The notes beneath the pieces are model-generated. The model was not told the origin of the DNA. It did no database searches and saw only the letters and a list, made by a program, of their open reading frames with translations. A DNA stretch of 63,839 bases, the filler included, from Conidiobolus incongruus B7586 (lineage: Eukaryota): assembly GCA_000697335.1 (NCBI GenBank). It is 8 parts of 8 records of this genome, joined end to end, with 100 filler letters (N's around TTAATTAATTAA, not from the genome) between each part and the next. Parts side by side here need not be neighbours in the genome. Positions count along the whole stretch, not along the records: positions 39,632 to 47,930 come from JNEM01006924.1; positions 48,031 to 57,899 come from JNEM01006929.1; 6 more parts are not named here. One strand, written 5' to 3'. Positions 39,632-52,963 of this stretch are shown here, piece after piece. Every line of letters begins with the position of its first letter. Positions within the stretch are counted from its first letter, which is position 1. The position numbers were made by a program, and so were the translations under genes.

Positions 39632-42600
39632 TCAATTAATTATAAATAATATAATTAATTTATATTTTTATAGCTAAATTAATTATATAAATAGTATTAA
39701 ATTATTTAATAAACTAAGTTTTTCTTTTTCCTCGCAATTTTTACTATTTTTATTTTTTTCACTACTTTTAAAATTGAGATTATATCTTATTAATATTATA
39801 GTTTATTAATATTACCTAATATAAATTTTAATATATTAGTAACTTATCTTAATTTAAAGCTTAGTTAAATTTATTTATATATATACATTATAGCTATATT
39901 ATAATACTATATTCTATGTCATATTATTCTTATATTAGGTTTTTTTCTATATTATATTAGTATTTACTACTAAACTTATATAATAGCAATAATAAAACTA
40001 TTAAAAACCTACTAGAAATTAATAATTACCTATATCAAATCTATTTATTGCTATTTTAAATTTTATTTATAATTTATTTTATTTTAATTTAATATTATAT
40101 ACTCTAATACTATTAAAAAAATACCCTTATATTATTTTAATAATAATAATAGTTTAATTACTAAGTGAATTTAAGACTTTAATTTTTAAAAGCTTACTAC
40201 CCTTTAAAAAGTTTATATTAGATAACTTTTAGTTAAGAAAAACATAACTTGAAAAGCTTAAATCTAACAAACTAGTTATTTTACTATAGTTAATATATTA
40301 AACTATCTTTTTAATATCTTTAAAAACAAATTAACTATTTATGATAGTTTTGAAAACCTTTATAAGATTAAAAACTATCTTAAAAATATAAAGAATTATC
40401 TTAATTTAATTCCTGATAAAGATTTAAAGAATATCTTTAAATTAGCTATTTCTTTTTTAGAAAAATCTATTTATATTTAGTAGTTAACTTATTATAAGCT
40501 TAATCCTAAAAAGTTTTTAGGGGGATAATTTATTATAAGAACACAAACTTTTAAATAATTGGAAAAAGCTTTTAAAAAAAGATATTACCTAAAAAATTAA
40601 GTTTAATTAACAAGAGAAAAGCTTTCTTAACTTAAATAAAAAACTTTTATAAGGTAATTAATTAAGAAATTCAATGAAATATATTTAAACATATTAACTA
40701 TTACTAAAGAAGAATAAATTTATAAATTATTATAATATTTTGATCTTTAAGTAAAACTCTAATTAGTTAACAAAAAATATTTTGATAATATGTTTTTTTG
40801 TAATATTTATAACATAACAATTATAATTGATAATATTTTTTACTTTATAACTAAATTTTTTTATCTTAAGAATTAATCCTTTAAAATTTATTTTAGCTTA
40901 TTTAAATCTTAAATGATAAATATTTCTACTTTCAAGCTTTATAAAAAAAACCTTTAGTAAAGAAGTTAAAGCTTACTTAAAAATAAATAAAAATTACTAT
41001 TATTATTTAAAGATATAAATTAATTATAAAGTTAATAAGTGTTTTTTCAAGAAGCAATATCTATTTAATTCTCAATAATTTTAATCTACCAATCACAAAT
41101 TAAACTTGAATAATATTAATATCACTTTAAAATTACTGTTTTTATAATTAGTTAGTAGATTTTAATTTAATTCACAAAAGTTCTAATAGATTAATGATTC
41201 TACAAATTAAATTATATATGCTAGAGAGATTTAATTAATTAAACTATTAAAAACTAGAAATATTCTAGTAACTAATTTATCTTATAATTTTTTACCTTTT
41301 ACTATCATCTTATTATTTGTTTTAACTAGATATTTTATAAATATACTTATTAATGTTTTAATTAACTCTAGTTATTTTAGTTTTATTATTTTTTTTATTA
41401 TTATAAAATTATCTTTACTTATCTAAAAAAACAACTTAATAATTAAATATGCTAATAATTCAATAAAATAAATATTTAACATTATATCTAGATATTTATC
41501 ACTATCTTTTAACTATTCTCAATATATTAAATTTTTAGTTGGTAATATTAGTTATAATTTTATACTAGGTTAAAATTAATTTAAATACCATAGTTTTTTA
41601 TCTATAAGTATTGTTTTAAAAGGTTATAAATTTATTTTATTTATATTCTAAAAGAAATTAGTAGAATTAATTTCAAAAAATTTATATTACCTTATTATAA
41701 AACCACCAAATACTTTACTTAATATTAACTTTATAATTATATTAAATAATTTTATTATTATAAACAAAAACTAATATAAAAAACTAATTAAAAACTTTAA
41801 TAATTTATTAAGATATATATTTATATATTATTCATCTATTAATATTTTATTTGTTAATTTCAATGAAATTATAACTAATAACTACTTCTTATATAATATA
41901 GTATGTTAATTTGTTAATGTTTTTGAACCTGTAAGTAAATTACCTTTTAAACATAATATTAAACATAAAATTAAATTTCTCTTAGGTATATAATTATATT
42001 TAAAACTTATTTATCATTTATCTCTTGAATAATATTAAACTTTAAAAAAAGAAATTTAAAAATTATTTGAAAATAAATATATTAAACTTTTTTCTTTATT
42101 ATAAATGTTAAGAGATTAATTTTTTAAATTCTTATATATACTTTCATATAATTCAATTAATTATAAATTATATGATTAATTTATACTTATATAGTTAAAT
42201 TTATTATATAAATAGCATTGAAATATCTAATAAACTAGGTTTCTCTTTTTCCTCCTAATTATTAATATTTCTTACTTTTACACTACTTCTAAAATTAAAA
42301 CTACTTCTTGTTAATATTATAATATATTAACACTACCTAATATAAACCTTAATATATCAATAACTCACCTTAGTCTAAAGCTTAATTAAACTTTATTTAT
42401 ACTTACACACTATAATTATATTATATTACTATATTCTACACCACATTACTTTTATATTAAGTTTTCCTCTATACTATATTAGTTTAACTACCACTACACT
42501 TATAATAAAAATCTCTTATCTTCTTTATATAAAAGGTTAATGATAGTTAAAAATTATATATAAATAACTATATTTTAAACTTTAAAACTATTAAAGATAA

Positions 42601-43940
42601 AATTTTATTATTAAACTTAAATGATATTAGGGATAAACTACTTTAATCCACTATATTCATTAAATTAAATGTTAGAAATAGTTATTATAATATTAAAGTT
42701 ATAAAAAATTATATTCTTTTAATTATTTTTAATATTTTATTAAGCTACTATAAATTTACTATTATAAACTTTAAATTATGTAATATCTTTGTAACTTTTA
42801 TTTAATTCATCAATTCCCTTTTTAAGCTTATTTGTAATAACTTTATTATTACTTATCTTAATAATATTTTAATCTATTCAAAAACTAAAGAAGAATATAT
42901 TTAATATGTAAATTAGGTTTTACAAATTATTCAAGAATATAAATTACCTTTAAAGCTATTAAAATATATTTTTAATGCTTCTTTTATTTTCTTCTATATT
43001 TATATTATTTCTTCTTAAAGAATTAGCATTGATTTAATTAAACTTAATGATATAAAAACTATTATTATATTTATAAACAAAAATCAACTTATATTTATAT
43101 TTAAATTATTAAATTATTTTAAAGATTTCATTGATTCTTTTGTTGAATTTATAGCTTTTTTAACTAATCTCTTAAGAAAAAACTCTCTTTTTAAATAAAC
43201 CCTACTATATACTTTTTATATAAATGCTTTAATTTTCTATATTACTAATGCTTCTATTTTATTTATTTTTGATTTTAAACTACTTACTATTATTTTTACT
43301 AACTTTAATTCTTTTATAATTAATAAATAATTAATTTAATTTGAATTTAATCTATATTTTACCCTTTAAATATAAGATAAAATAATAAATAAAAAAGAAT
43401 AGGTTAAATTTAACTTTATAAATATTATCTTAAAATTTATAACATTCTAGTTAAGAAAAATAAAGCTAGCTGAACTAAAATACCTAGTTTATAAATAAAA
43501 CCTTTTTGCTTTAGTAGAAATAATAAAAAATTATCTATATTTCTTATCTTATAATTTTTTTTCTAATACTTATAGATTATAAATTATTTATTTATTTAAA
43601 CACTTAAAAGTATTTATTAATAAAACAAGCTAGATAAATCATAGCTATTTAAGCTTATTTTTTCTTTATTTAATATCTTTTAGGTTAATAAAATCATATT
43701 GTAAATACTTTGTTAAAAAATTTTATATATTTATTTTTTTTATTTTAATTATAAAAACCCAGCAGATATTAACATAATAATTATTAATGAAAGACATAAA
43801 AAATTCATTAAATTATTTTAAGACATATTATTATATAATAATTTCTTTATTTTAATTAAATAAGAACTCTTTAAACTATTAAAGAACCAATTAAAATATG
43901 TTAAAAGATTTAAAATCATTAATAACTTACTATATTATAA
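39632..43940 (+). mobile_element. Degenerate Ty3/Gypsy LTR retrotransposon: partial 5' LTR (to about 39980), gag, protease, RT, RNase H; truncated by a mariner insertion
   Basis: After reverting transitions: protease ALIDSGC (gtt tta att aac tct agt tat, about 41355); RT IKPSSSPW / SPIFFV.K.DGSWRLCV, IFTKLDVRNGYHNI, MNFGLCNAPATF, YLDDILIYSK (tat ctt aat aat, about 42854); RNase H TDAS (about 43244) and DHKSL...KQARW. PR-RT-RH order fits Gypsy. Possible tRNA-iMet PBS relic taatagca (TGGTAGC) after the LTR. Confidence 0.9.
42106..42504 (+). mobile_element. Solo LTR (399 bp) of the same Gypsy family inserted inside the RT, with 5-bp TSD
   Basis: ATAAA|TGTTAAGAG...CACTACACTTATA|ATAAA; the RT frame resumes exactly after removing the LTR plus one TSD. 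Confidence 0.9.
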
Positions 43941-43942
43941 TA

Positions 43943-45224
43943 TTAATATAAAAATTAAGTAATGGCACAATTTTAAAATTAAAATTAAATAAATAAATTA
44001 ATAAATAATATATAAAAATTAATGAATAATATAAAATTAATAGCCTTTTTTATTATTAATAACTTTTTTTTATATTTTTGGTAAGCTTCTAATATTTAAA
44101 AAATAATTCTTTTTATTAAAGACTGAAATTTGATGTTTTACAAACTAATTTAATTTGTTTATAGGATTTTTTTTCTTGTAAGCTGTTTTTTTAATTATTT
44201 AAAACAATTATAATTACATAGGTTATAATTAAGTAAATATACTAGATGTAGTAACTCCCTCTAATTTTTTTATATAAAAAATCTTTTATAACTTTAACTT
44301 TATATATTTTATAATTATTATGTAAAATAATAGGTGTTTTTTATTTATATTGAGAATATTATTTAGAAATTACTTTATTTAAAAAAGTAATAAATAACTT
44401 ATTATTAATTGATTTTCTTTGAGGTATTAAATAAAAAAACTATATACAATTATAATCTATTATAATAATTAATATTTACTTATATTTAAAATATTTATTC
44501 ATTAGAATTTATAAAAGGGATTGATTTAGTTTAACCTAACATTTTGTTTTATTTTAAACAAAAGATTATATAAAGGAATTTAAGATTTATTAATTATAAA
44601 TATCTGTTGTAAAAACCTCTGTTTTTAATTATACCTTAATAAGTTTAATTTAGCTATAGCTACTCTAGTTTTCTTTTAGGCTTCTGTTAAATTATAAGGT
44701 ATCTATTTTATATTTTTATTAATTAATTTAAGTTTAAACTAAAGTAAATATAACATGCTTGTATAATTAATATTAAATTGCTTTAATAATTCTCTAACAG
44801 AAATAAAAAGGTATTTCTTAATATATTTTTTTACTTTATAAATAAATAAAAGAGTAACAATAGAAATTAATCTTTTAGATTTTAATAAATTTTAAATAAT
44901 ATCTTTTCTAACTTTAAAATCAGAAATCTATTGATATATAGTAGTTTTAAATAAAACACCATCTTTAAAAGTTATTTACAAGTTTTAAATAATTTTAAAA
45001 GGTCAATAGTTAAGTTTTAAAGATATAAAAATAAAAGTCTTGATAATCACAATTTAATTTAAGCATGATTAAATTTAAGTGTAAATTTTAAAATCAAAAT
45101 ATTTTAATAAAAAAATAATTAAAATTGAATATATATATATATATATATATAATCTTTCGAAATGTATAATATGTTTGAAAGATCAGAAATTAAAAAATTT
45201 GCCATTTCTTAATTTCCATACTAA
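43943..45224 (-). mobile_element. Full-length degenerate mariner (DD34D), 1282 bp, TA-flanked
   Basis: TIRs TTAATATAAAAATTAAGTAATGGCA / TGCCATTTCTTAATTTCCATACTAA; minus-strand relic reverts to PIILHDN...LHPAYSPDYNPCDYNCF. Confidence 0.88.
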
Positions 45225-45714
45225 TAATAAATTAATTATTATATTTTTGATTGATTTTAATGATATAAAATTAATTTTTTTATCACTAAAAAAGCGTCAA
45301 AATAATTGAAAATTTGAAATAGATTTTAAAATATTGTTAAGTATTCAATTACAATTTTTGAATCAAATTAGATAGATTTCTTCAACCTTAATGGTGAAAT
45401 GGAAATTCTTATTCAGGGTATATTTTACTCAAATGTTTAATTTGCCTTTTACTTTTGAAAAAATTTTAATAGGTTGAAATTGAATTTACCGTTAACCAAA
45501 AAAGATGATTTGCATAAAAAAATATTGGTGTTTGATTAAAATCTTGGTACCTATCAGTATTATTCAAGCAAATACGTAAAATACCCATTATTATTTTGTC
45601 ATAAGGGATTTTTAATTAGTATATAAAAGACAGCTACCTATTATCATTGTATTATCAGTCGATTATTTTAGATTTTGGAATTTTTTGTTTTAGAATTAAT
45701 TTATTGTAAATAAA

Positions 45715-47333
45715 ATGAGTTCTGATACTTCCCCTAGAGATCTTAAAACGGGATCTCATCCATCTTTAGCACCTATCAATGAAAAGCCGAAGCAGCGTGA
45801 AGCTCCTACCAATTGGACTCCTCCAACTCAAAGACAGATCATCATTGCTGTTATTGGCTTTGCTCTTTGTATCTTTTTATCTGCTTTGGATATGGCAATT
45901 GTTGCAACCGCTTTGCCTGCTATTTCGTCACAATTCTCGGCTTTGGATAAAGTTGCTTGGGTTATCACTGCTTATATGCTTACTCATTCCGCTCTTCAAC
46001 CCATTTATGGTCGCTTATCAGATGTTTTCGGTAGGCGAGCTATGCTTTTATTTGCTGTGATTACTTTCTTGGGTGGCTCATTTGTATGTGGTGCAGCTCT
46101 CAATATTATTGTTTTGATTATTTTCAGAGCTGTCGCCGGTCTTGGTGGTGGTGGTCTCATTGCTTTGAGTTTGATTATTATTAGTGATATGGTACCATTG
46201 AAAGAGAGAAGTAAATATATGGGCGTCATTAGTTCAATGTTTGGTCTTTCTAGTGTCATTGGCCCTCTTTTGGGAGGTGTATTCGTTGATCATGCATCTT
46301 GGCGCTGGTCATTTTATGTAAACTTACCAGTTGGTGGTGTTGCTATTATTATGTTTGTTGCATTTATCAAGTTTGCTCCAGTTTCTGGATCTATGCTAGA
46401 AAAAATTAAGCAAATTGACTTTTTGGGATCGATCATATTAATCAGATCTGTTATTTGTTTGTTACTGGGTATTAACTGGGGTGGTCAAACTTATCCCTGG
46501 AATTCCGCAACTATCATCGTATTTATTGTGTGTTGGTATCGCTTTAATGCTCGTTTTCATTTTTGTTCAATGGAAAGTCGCTGTTGATCCTATTATACCT
46601 CCAGCTTTGTTCAACCGCAATACAACATTTGTGCTATTGACTTGTTTTTTTGCAGGGTTTTGTCATGTATGGTTTTATTTACTACTTACCCCTTTACTTT
46701 CAAATTGTTCACATGGATTCAGCTACAATATCCGGTGTTAAAACATTACCATTCGTCCTCTCCATGGTAATTACCAGCATTGTTTGTGGTATTGCTATTA
46801 GTAAAACTGGTGTCTTCAGGCCTTTCATGTATGCTGGTATTGTATTAATGTCAATTGGTGCTGGGCTTACTTCTACATTGGATCAAACATCGAATCTTGG
46901 AAAACAACTCGGTTATCAACTTTTCCTCGGTGTTGGTCTTGGTTTAGAACTCCAGCCCACCCCAATTGCTTCTCAAGCTCATGCTGCACCCAATTTAGTT
47001 GCTATCATCACAGCTGTTGTCTCTTTTACACGTCAACTTGGAGGTATTTTGGGTGTAGCTATTCAAGGCTCAATCTTGAATAATTATATTGAACCGTATT
47101 TGTCTAAAAGAGTGAGTAAAGCTGTTGCAGAAATGGCCACAAAGTCAGTCTCTCAGTTAGGTAATCTCAGCTCTAAGGATTTGAGTATCATCAAAGCCGC
47201 TTATGTTGGAGGTTTGAGATGGGTTTTCATTTCTCTTATCCCATTTTCGATTGCCAGTTTAATAATACTATTCCCATTGCAACATAAAGACTTGAAAACT
47301 GGAGAAAATATTCCAGTTATGGTTGCTGAATAA
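45715..47333 (+). CDS. MFS drug:H+ antiporter (DHA2, 14-TM); frame broken by two +1 T insertions
   Basis: LSALDMAIVATALP, YGRLSDVFGRR, GPLLGGVF, WRWSFYVNLP, YYLPLYFQ, RQLGGILG. The three ORF-track pieces join if one T is removed near 46522 and one near 46660. Confidence 0.85.
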
Positions 47334-48030
47334 TTTAATTTTATATTATATATTAGTTATTAAATAATTTAAATTGTAATGATTATTATAATTATCAAGA
47401 TATTAAACTTAATATTAATATTGACTATATAATTTTATTAATATTTATTAAAATACATTATTTGAATAAAAATTAAACTTTTAAAAAGTAATAAATTGAT
47501 ATTATAATTGAATATATATGATTAATCTTGAAATAAAAAAATACTTCAAATATAATAAATTAATCTTTAAGTTTTAATCTGATGAATGTTTAGTTTGATT
47601 GATAAATTAAAAATCATAGAAAATATTTATTTAACTATATGATTTTTTAGTTAATTTTATTCCTTTTAAACCTTAAATTATAATATAATATTTAGTATTA
47701 GATTTTATATTTAAGAATTTTTTATTATTTTTTATATCAAATCCTTTATAATTATTTGATATTTTAAAATAATAAAATTGAAAATTATTTTAAAAATAAT
47801 ATATATTAAATTTAATAATTATAGAAATTAAATATATTAAATTTTTAAAGTTTGGATATAAAATTACTAAGGACTAATAAGTGGTTATTATAAAATTATA
47901 GTAAATTAATGGATTTCATCAAATAAGATANNNNNNNNNNNNNNNNNNNNNNNNNNNNNNNNNNNNNNNNNNNNTTAATTAATTAANNNNNNNNNNNNNN
48001 NNNNNNNNNNNNNNNNNNNNNNNNNNNNNN

Positions 48031-48200
48031 CTAATTAAGAATATTTTAATAAAAAAATAATGATAAAAGAAATATATATAGTTTAAAATCATTAATTCTC
48101 TTATATATTTTCTATATAAATAATTTTTTAAAACTATTAATATATTTGAAAAATGAAAAAAATAAAAAAAAATTTAGTATTTATTATTAAATAAATAGTA
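48031..48200 (-). mobile_element. Mariner 5' terminal fragment next to a gap
   Basis: Matches 28215-28375 and 45095-45224 by eye. Confidence 0.55.
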
Positions 48201-48829
48201 TAAGATTTTCAAATTATATCAAAGAATTTGATTTTTAATAATTGTTTTATTTTTACTTTATAATGGATCATTGCTTTGATAGAAAAATTAATCTCTTAAT
48301 TATTTTATAAGTAATTGGTATTATTTTTAGGTATTATTTTCTTTTAATTTTTGAGTATTAATATTTAAAAAATTTTATAATAAAAATTTATTAATTAAAT
48401 CTATAATAAATATATATATATATTGTGAATAATCATTTCAAGTCCAAAGTTAACCAAATAACCTAAAAAAGACTAGTATAAAGATTATTGAAAGTGATAA
48501 TTTTAATGTATTATATTTAATATAAAATTTTTCAATATGTTCTTAAAAGTGATTATTTCAAATAAATTGAAATTTTGCAAGATTAATTAAGTTAAGCCAA
48601 TAATAATCCAGTCAATGAAAGAAATATTTGCATGGAATTGTATAATAGATAATCTTATCACAGATTTTGGATAATATTATAAGTTAATAGATGTGGAGAA
48701 TTAATTTTTTTAGAGTATATTTTTAATATCCCAATCAATTCATAAAATGATTTGAAGAATATTTGTGTGATTTTTCCAAATCTGGCTCTAGATCAGAACC
48801 GTAAAACTAAACTGACAAAAAACTATAAC

Positions 48830-49143
48830 TGTCACGAGTCAGGTGATTCCCCGCTACCCAAGTATTCTTACATTAACCTAATGTTAAAGTTATTTCCCCC
48901 TCTCATACCATTTACTTCCTCTCTATCTTTTAATCGGCCGATGATGCAAGTCACCGGAGAATCTTATAAATCACCTTGCCCAACTCACTCTATATAAAAC
49001 CCGAAATTAGAGCTATCCTCAACAAGAAGAGTTAGATCTGGGTCCTCCAAGCTATTTTGCTTAAACCAATAAACCCCTATCTCCCTAGCACTTTCCTGGA
49101 ATTCTCTAGATCCCTCTCTCTTTTATTTAAACCACTCTGGACA
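48830..49143 (+). mobile_element. LTR-like element (314 bp), different family, CpGs intact
   Basis: TGTCACGAGT...ACTCTGGACA (TG...CA with an imperfect 10-bp terminal inverted repeat), internal TATATAAAA then AATAAA; locally GC-richer. No TSD (flanks ATAAC/TTGCT). Confidence 0.65.
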
Positions 49144-49379
49144 TTGCTCTCCCAAGATGTGTTAATAAAAAATTGACTAAAATAAATATTGAAAATAGTC
49201 ATTCATATACAAACAAAATTTTAGTTAAATTCAATTTAGTGGAATTTACATGAGTTAGACAAATATAATAGGTGTTTGGTATTTAAATTGAACTTGTTTT
49301 AATTATTTGGATAAAATCGAATAATTTTAACAATACTATTATCTATTCAATTTTTAACCTTTAATTTGAAATTGGATTG

Positions 49380-50200
49380 TTTAATATTTTTTTTGGAGAT
49401 AGTCTAAGAGATAATGATGATTTACATATATTGAACTTAGGTCTGCATCCAGATGATTCGTATTATGGAGGAAGATTTTTTAATGGTTTAATATGGTCGG
49501 ACTATATTAAGAGGTATATAAATATCATTGAAGCAGAAAACTGAGTGTGCGCTGGCGCGACTACCGATAACGGGCTAACGTCTTTGAATCTTATGATCCC
49601 AAGCATTAATGTACAGTTGAATTGGATCAAACTCAAAATTAATTCATACTACAGAAATCGACTCAGCAACAATTTAGTTATCTATGTAGCTGGAGGTAAC
49701 CACTCTATAAACAAGACAATCGCATCAGAAATGACCATCAAAGATATTTGACGTCAATCGACTTAACAATCTTGATAAAGGAGTTTGAATTTACAAATTT
49801 GCTAGTCACTGATATATCCCTCATCCATTAAACATGCTCATTTACAGTGTCATTTTTAGAACAATGAAACAAGTGAAAGTGATCACTACGATCCCGATAT
49901 CAAGTCCAAAGCAGAAAAAAATAATTCTATGATTAAGAAATTAGTTGGCAAATTGATATTTAAGTATTCTTATGTGAAAGTATATTTATAGAAATACTCA
50001 ATAATTTGGCAGCTTGCTAGATATCTTAATTCTTTAAATTTGACTGATTAGAACTTGAAATTACCTTTCTTTGAGGACTTGGGGCATAACGATAGATGCC
50101 AAAATGATAAAAATTACTTCTTTTTTGATACGTTTCACCCCATCACTCAGATTCATGAGTTCTATACAAAAGATGTGTATCAATTTTCATATAAGCGCTC
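49380..50200 (+). pseudogene. GDSL/SGNH esterase-lipase pseudogene
   Basis: Block I FFGDSL (GGA at 49395), YYGGRFFNGLIWSDY, block II AGATTDN, block III AGGNH, block V YFFFDTFHP. In-frame TGA at 49542 plus later stops and frameshifts. Confidence 0.85.
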
Positions 50201-50689
50201 GAAAGGTAAATATTCAAAGTGCCAAAAAAATAAAATGAAATTCAAAATTTTTTATTTGATTGCTAATTGAATATTTAATTTTAATATAATGTTGTTTTAC
50301 CAAATCACTAGTTATAAATTTTGAAATCAAAGTTCCAATTATTTATTTTTAATAATCTTTGGTATTATGACAGTGTAATGCAGAGTATTAAATATTTCCA
50401 ATTTTTAAAATTCATTGATTAATCATTATATAAATTAATAAAATATGTTAATTTTCACGAATGGAAAATCAATAAATAAAATGACGATGACTAAAGTTAA
50501 GATAATTGGAGTTTCAATTAATATATAGCTGAAATTTCATTATAAATAACAGGCCACTAATGAATCAACTCTTCCAAATTAATTGATTAATATAGACTAA
50601 TTGTTAACACTCTGTATAGTCAAATCTGAATATACAATTTATAAAAATAAAAATGAGATAAAATTAATTCTTGCTTTTTCTATTAAATA

Positions 50690-51765
50690 AGTCTTTGTTA
50701 TAATTTTGACCAATTTCTAATATTTAAAAATTAGTTTTATTATTAAAAAATAAAATTTTATCCTTGAAATAATTAATTAATAGTATTTACTAAAATCTTT
50801 TTTATTATAAATTTTATTATCCAAAGCAATTATAATTATACAGGCTGAAATTTAGTAAATTTATTAAATATTTTTGCATTATTACATTTCTATTAAAAAA
50901 ATTTTTAAACTTCTATAATAAAATAATATATATATATATATATAATTTTTAGAAATAATTAAAAATTGTATTATAAAATATAAAGTATATTATTAATTAA
51001 ATTATATCAAAGGAATAGTTAAGGAAACTATAAACTATTATAATATATATAGATACTAAATATTTATGAATAAAAATAACCCTTATTTATTGGAATGTGT
51101 AAAAAAATATTTTAATTTAATATGATATCTTCTAACAAAGGATCATAACTAGAAATTTAAGACTGATTATTATTGATTTATAAAGTGTTGATGTTTAGTT
51201 CTATTTTTAGAAGTTTAATTTAGTTATAATTATACTCAGTTTTTTAAGCTTTAGTTGAATCATAGGTATTTATTGAATATTGATATCAAATTAATGGAAA
51301 TTTTAATATATATATTGTATGTTTATAATTAAGATTAAAATATTATATTAATTTTTTCGATTATAGAAAATATATACTTTTAAATATATTTTTTATTCTT
51401 TTGAATACAGAAAATTAAAAATAAAATTTTATTATAATTTTCAGTTAATAAACTTAGGGATAAATATTAGTTTTATACAGAATAATATCTTTATACACTA
51501 ATTTGAATTTAAATTGTTTTATAAGTTTAAAAGTTAAATTTTAATAATACCCAAATAAAAACATTTAATAATCAATATTTAATTTAATTATAATTAAATT
51601 CAATATTAAATTTTTAAATGAAAATATATAATGACAAAAGCTATTTATTAATGGGTATATATTTTTAAATTATAAATCATCTTATTTCTGTGTATATAAT
51701 TTATTTTTTAAAACTAGTTGTACATCTAAATAATTAAAAATTAAAATTTATAATTTTTTCTCAAG
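50690..51765 (-). mobile_element. Highly degraded mariner copy (boundaries approximate)
   Basis: ttatccaaagcaattataattat (about 50818) and the downstream blocks parallel 56866-57880. Confidence 0.55.
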
Positions 51766-52039
51766 TAACAAATAAATTGACTTTACACCAACTCGAAGCT
51801 AGATGTTTTTTTTCTCTTGAACACAATGATAGCTGATAAACAAATAAACAATATAATCAAATCAAATAACATAGCTTTATTCAAATATTATCTAAGATCA
51901 CATTATATATATAAAGATGAGAAAAATATATCTTGATTCGCATTTACAGTTGACAAAATTTCAATTTAATTAGACTATTGAGATTTAGTAACTTTGATTT
52001 ATCATATATATTGTGATATTTGAAGTATAAACTAATTTA

Positions 52040-52650
52040 GACTTAGATAAATGATATTAAGTATATTATACAGAAATATAAATTTATTTCTCATATTGGC
52101 CAATTTTTCAATACTAATAATGATAATTTGATCTGGAGTTGCTAGGTTGCTCATTATAATGAAGTCTCTCACATGGATTTAGTGAATGGCTGTATAAAAT
52201 GAAGATTTCTTATAATTCCAATCCAAACTATCTTCCATTTCACTAACCAATTGATTGATATGATATTAATTTACTTGAATCCAACTGCTGCTCTAATGAT
52301 ATCAAACCAGATAACTTAATGCTGCGCAAAGGGAAACTGTACTTATCGACTTTGGTAAATCTCAAATTCCCTGTTACAATGGAAAGAAATCATTCAATCA
52401 ACAATTGGAGTTTGAAGGTGAAGTTGATGTGATTTATACAATGATCTCTTTAAATTATAGTAGAAATAAGCACAGTAAATTGAAATTATCTAGAAATTTG
52501 AAGAATTTGAAAACAATGGAATTACTCTTAAATTTCTTCATGGACCCTAATCCGTTTTGCAATCAACCAAAGTATTAGTATTTAACTATGACGCAAATAC
52601 TATTGAATTATAAAAATCAAATTGGACAATATATGAAAAATAAATGAATG
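52040..52650 (+). pseudogene. Protein kinase pseudogene fragment
   Basis: Catalytic loop NDIKPDNLML (D at 52298) followed, across a 1-nt frameshift, by IDFGKS (52345-52362); stops on both sides. Confidence 0.7.
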
Positions 52651-52963
52651 TAGTATGAATTAATAGCAATAAACAATATATTATTTTAATGAACAAATAT
52701 CATTTGATAATACTAGGGTCTATGCGGAATTAGGCAAAGTGCATGAACGAGCGAATGAAATCAAATGGAATTATCGGTGAATCTAAATGAGTTGAATTTT
52801 CAGACACGAAAGTTTGACTCAATCACAATTAAGGAATGTAAAAACCAGTAAAGTCTAATTCCAACAATTCATCATCTTACACCAAATGAATTCCAATCCT
52901 ATTAATTAATCCTTTAACATCAATTATTCTCTCAGTATTTTTAATTTATTTCTTAAATAAACA

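Noticed and set aside
39980..43940. Alternative genetic code or stop read-through to explain stop-riddled TE reading frames
   Set aside because: Host genes use TAA, TAG and TGA as normal stops; TE stops map to Trp/Gln/Arg codons changed by transitions and differ between copies.
45129..45151. (TA)n microsatellites (also about 968, 9017, 26810, 50928)
   Set aside because: Ordinary slippage in AT-rich or TE-derived DNA.
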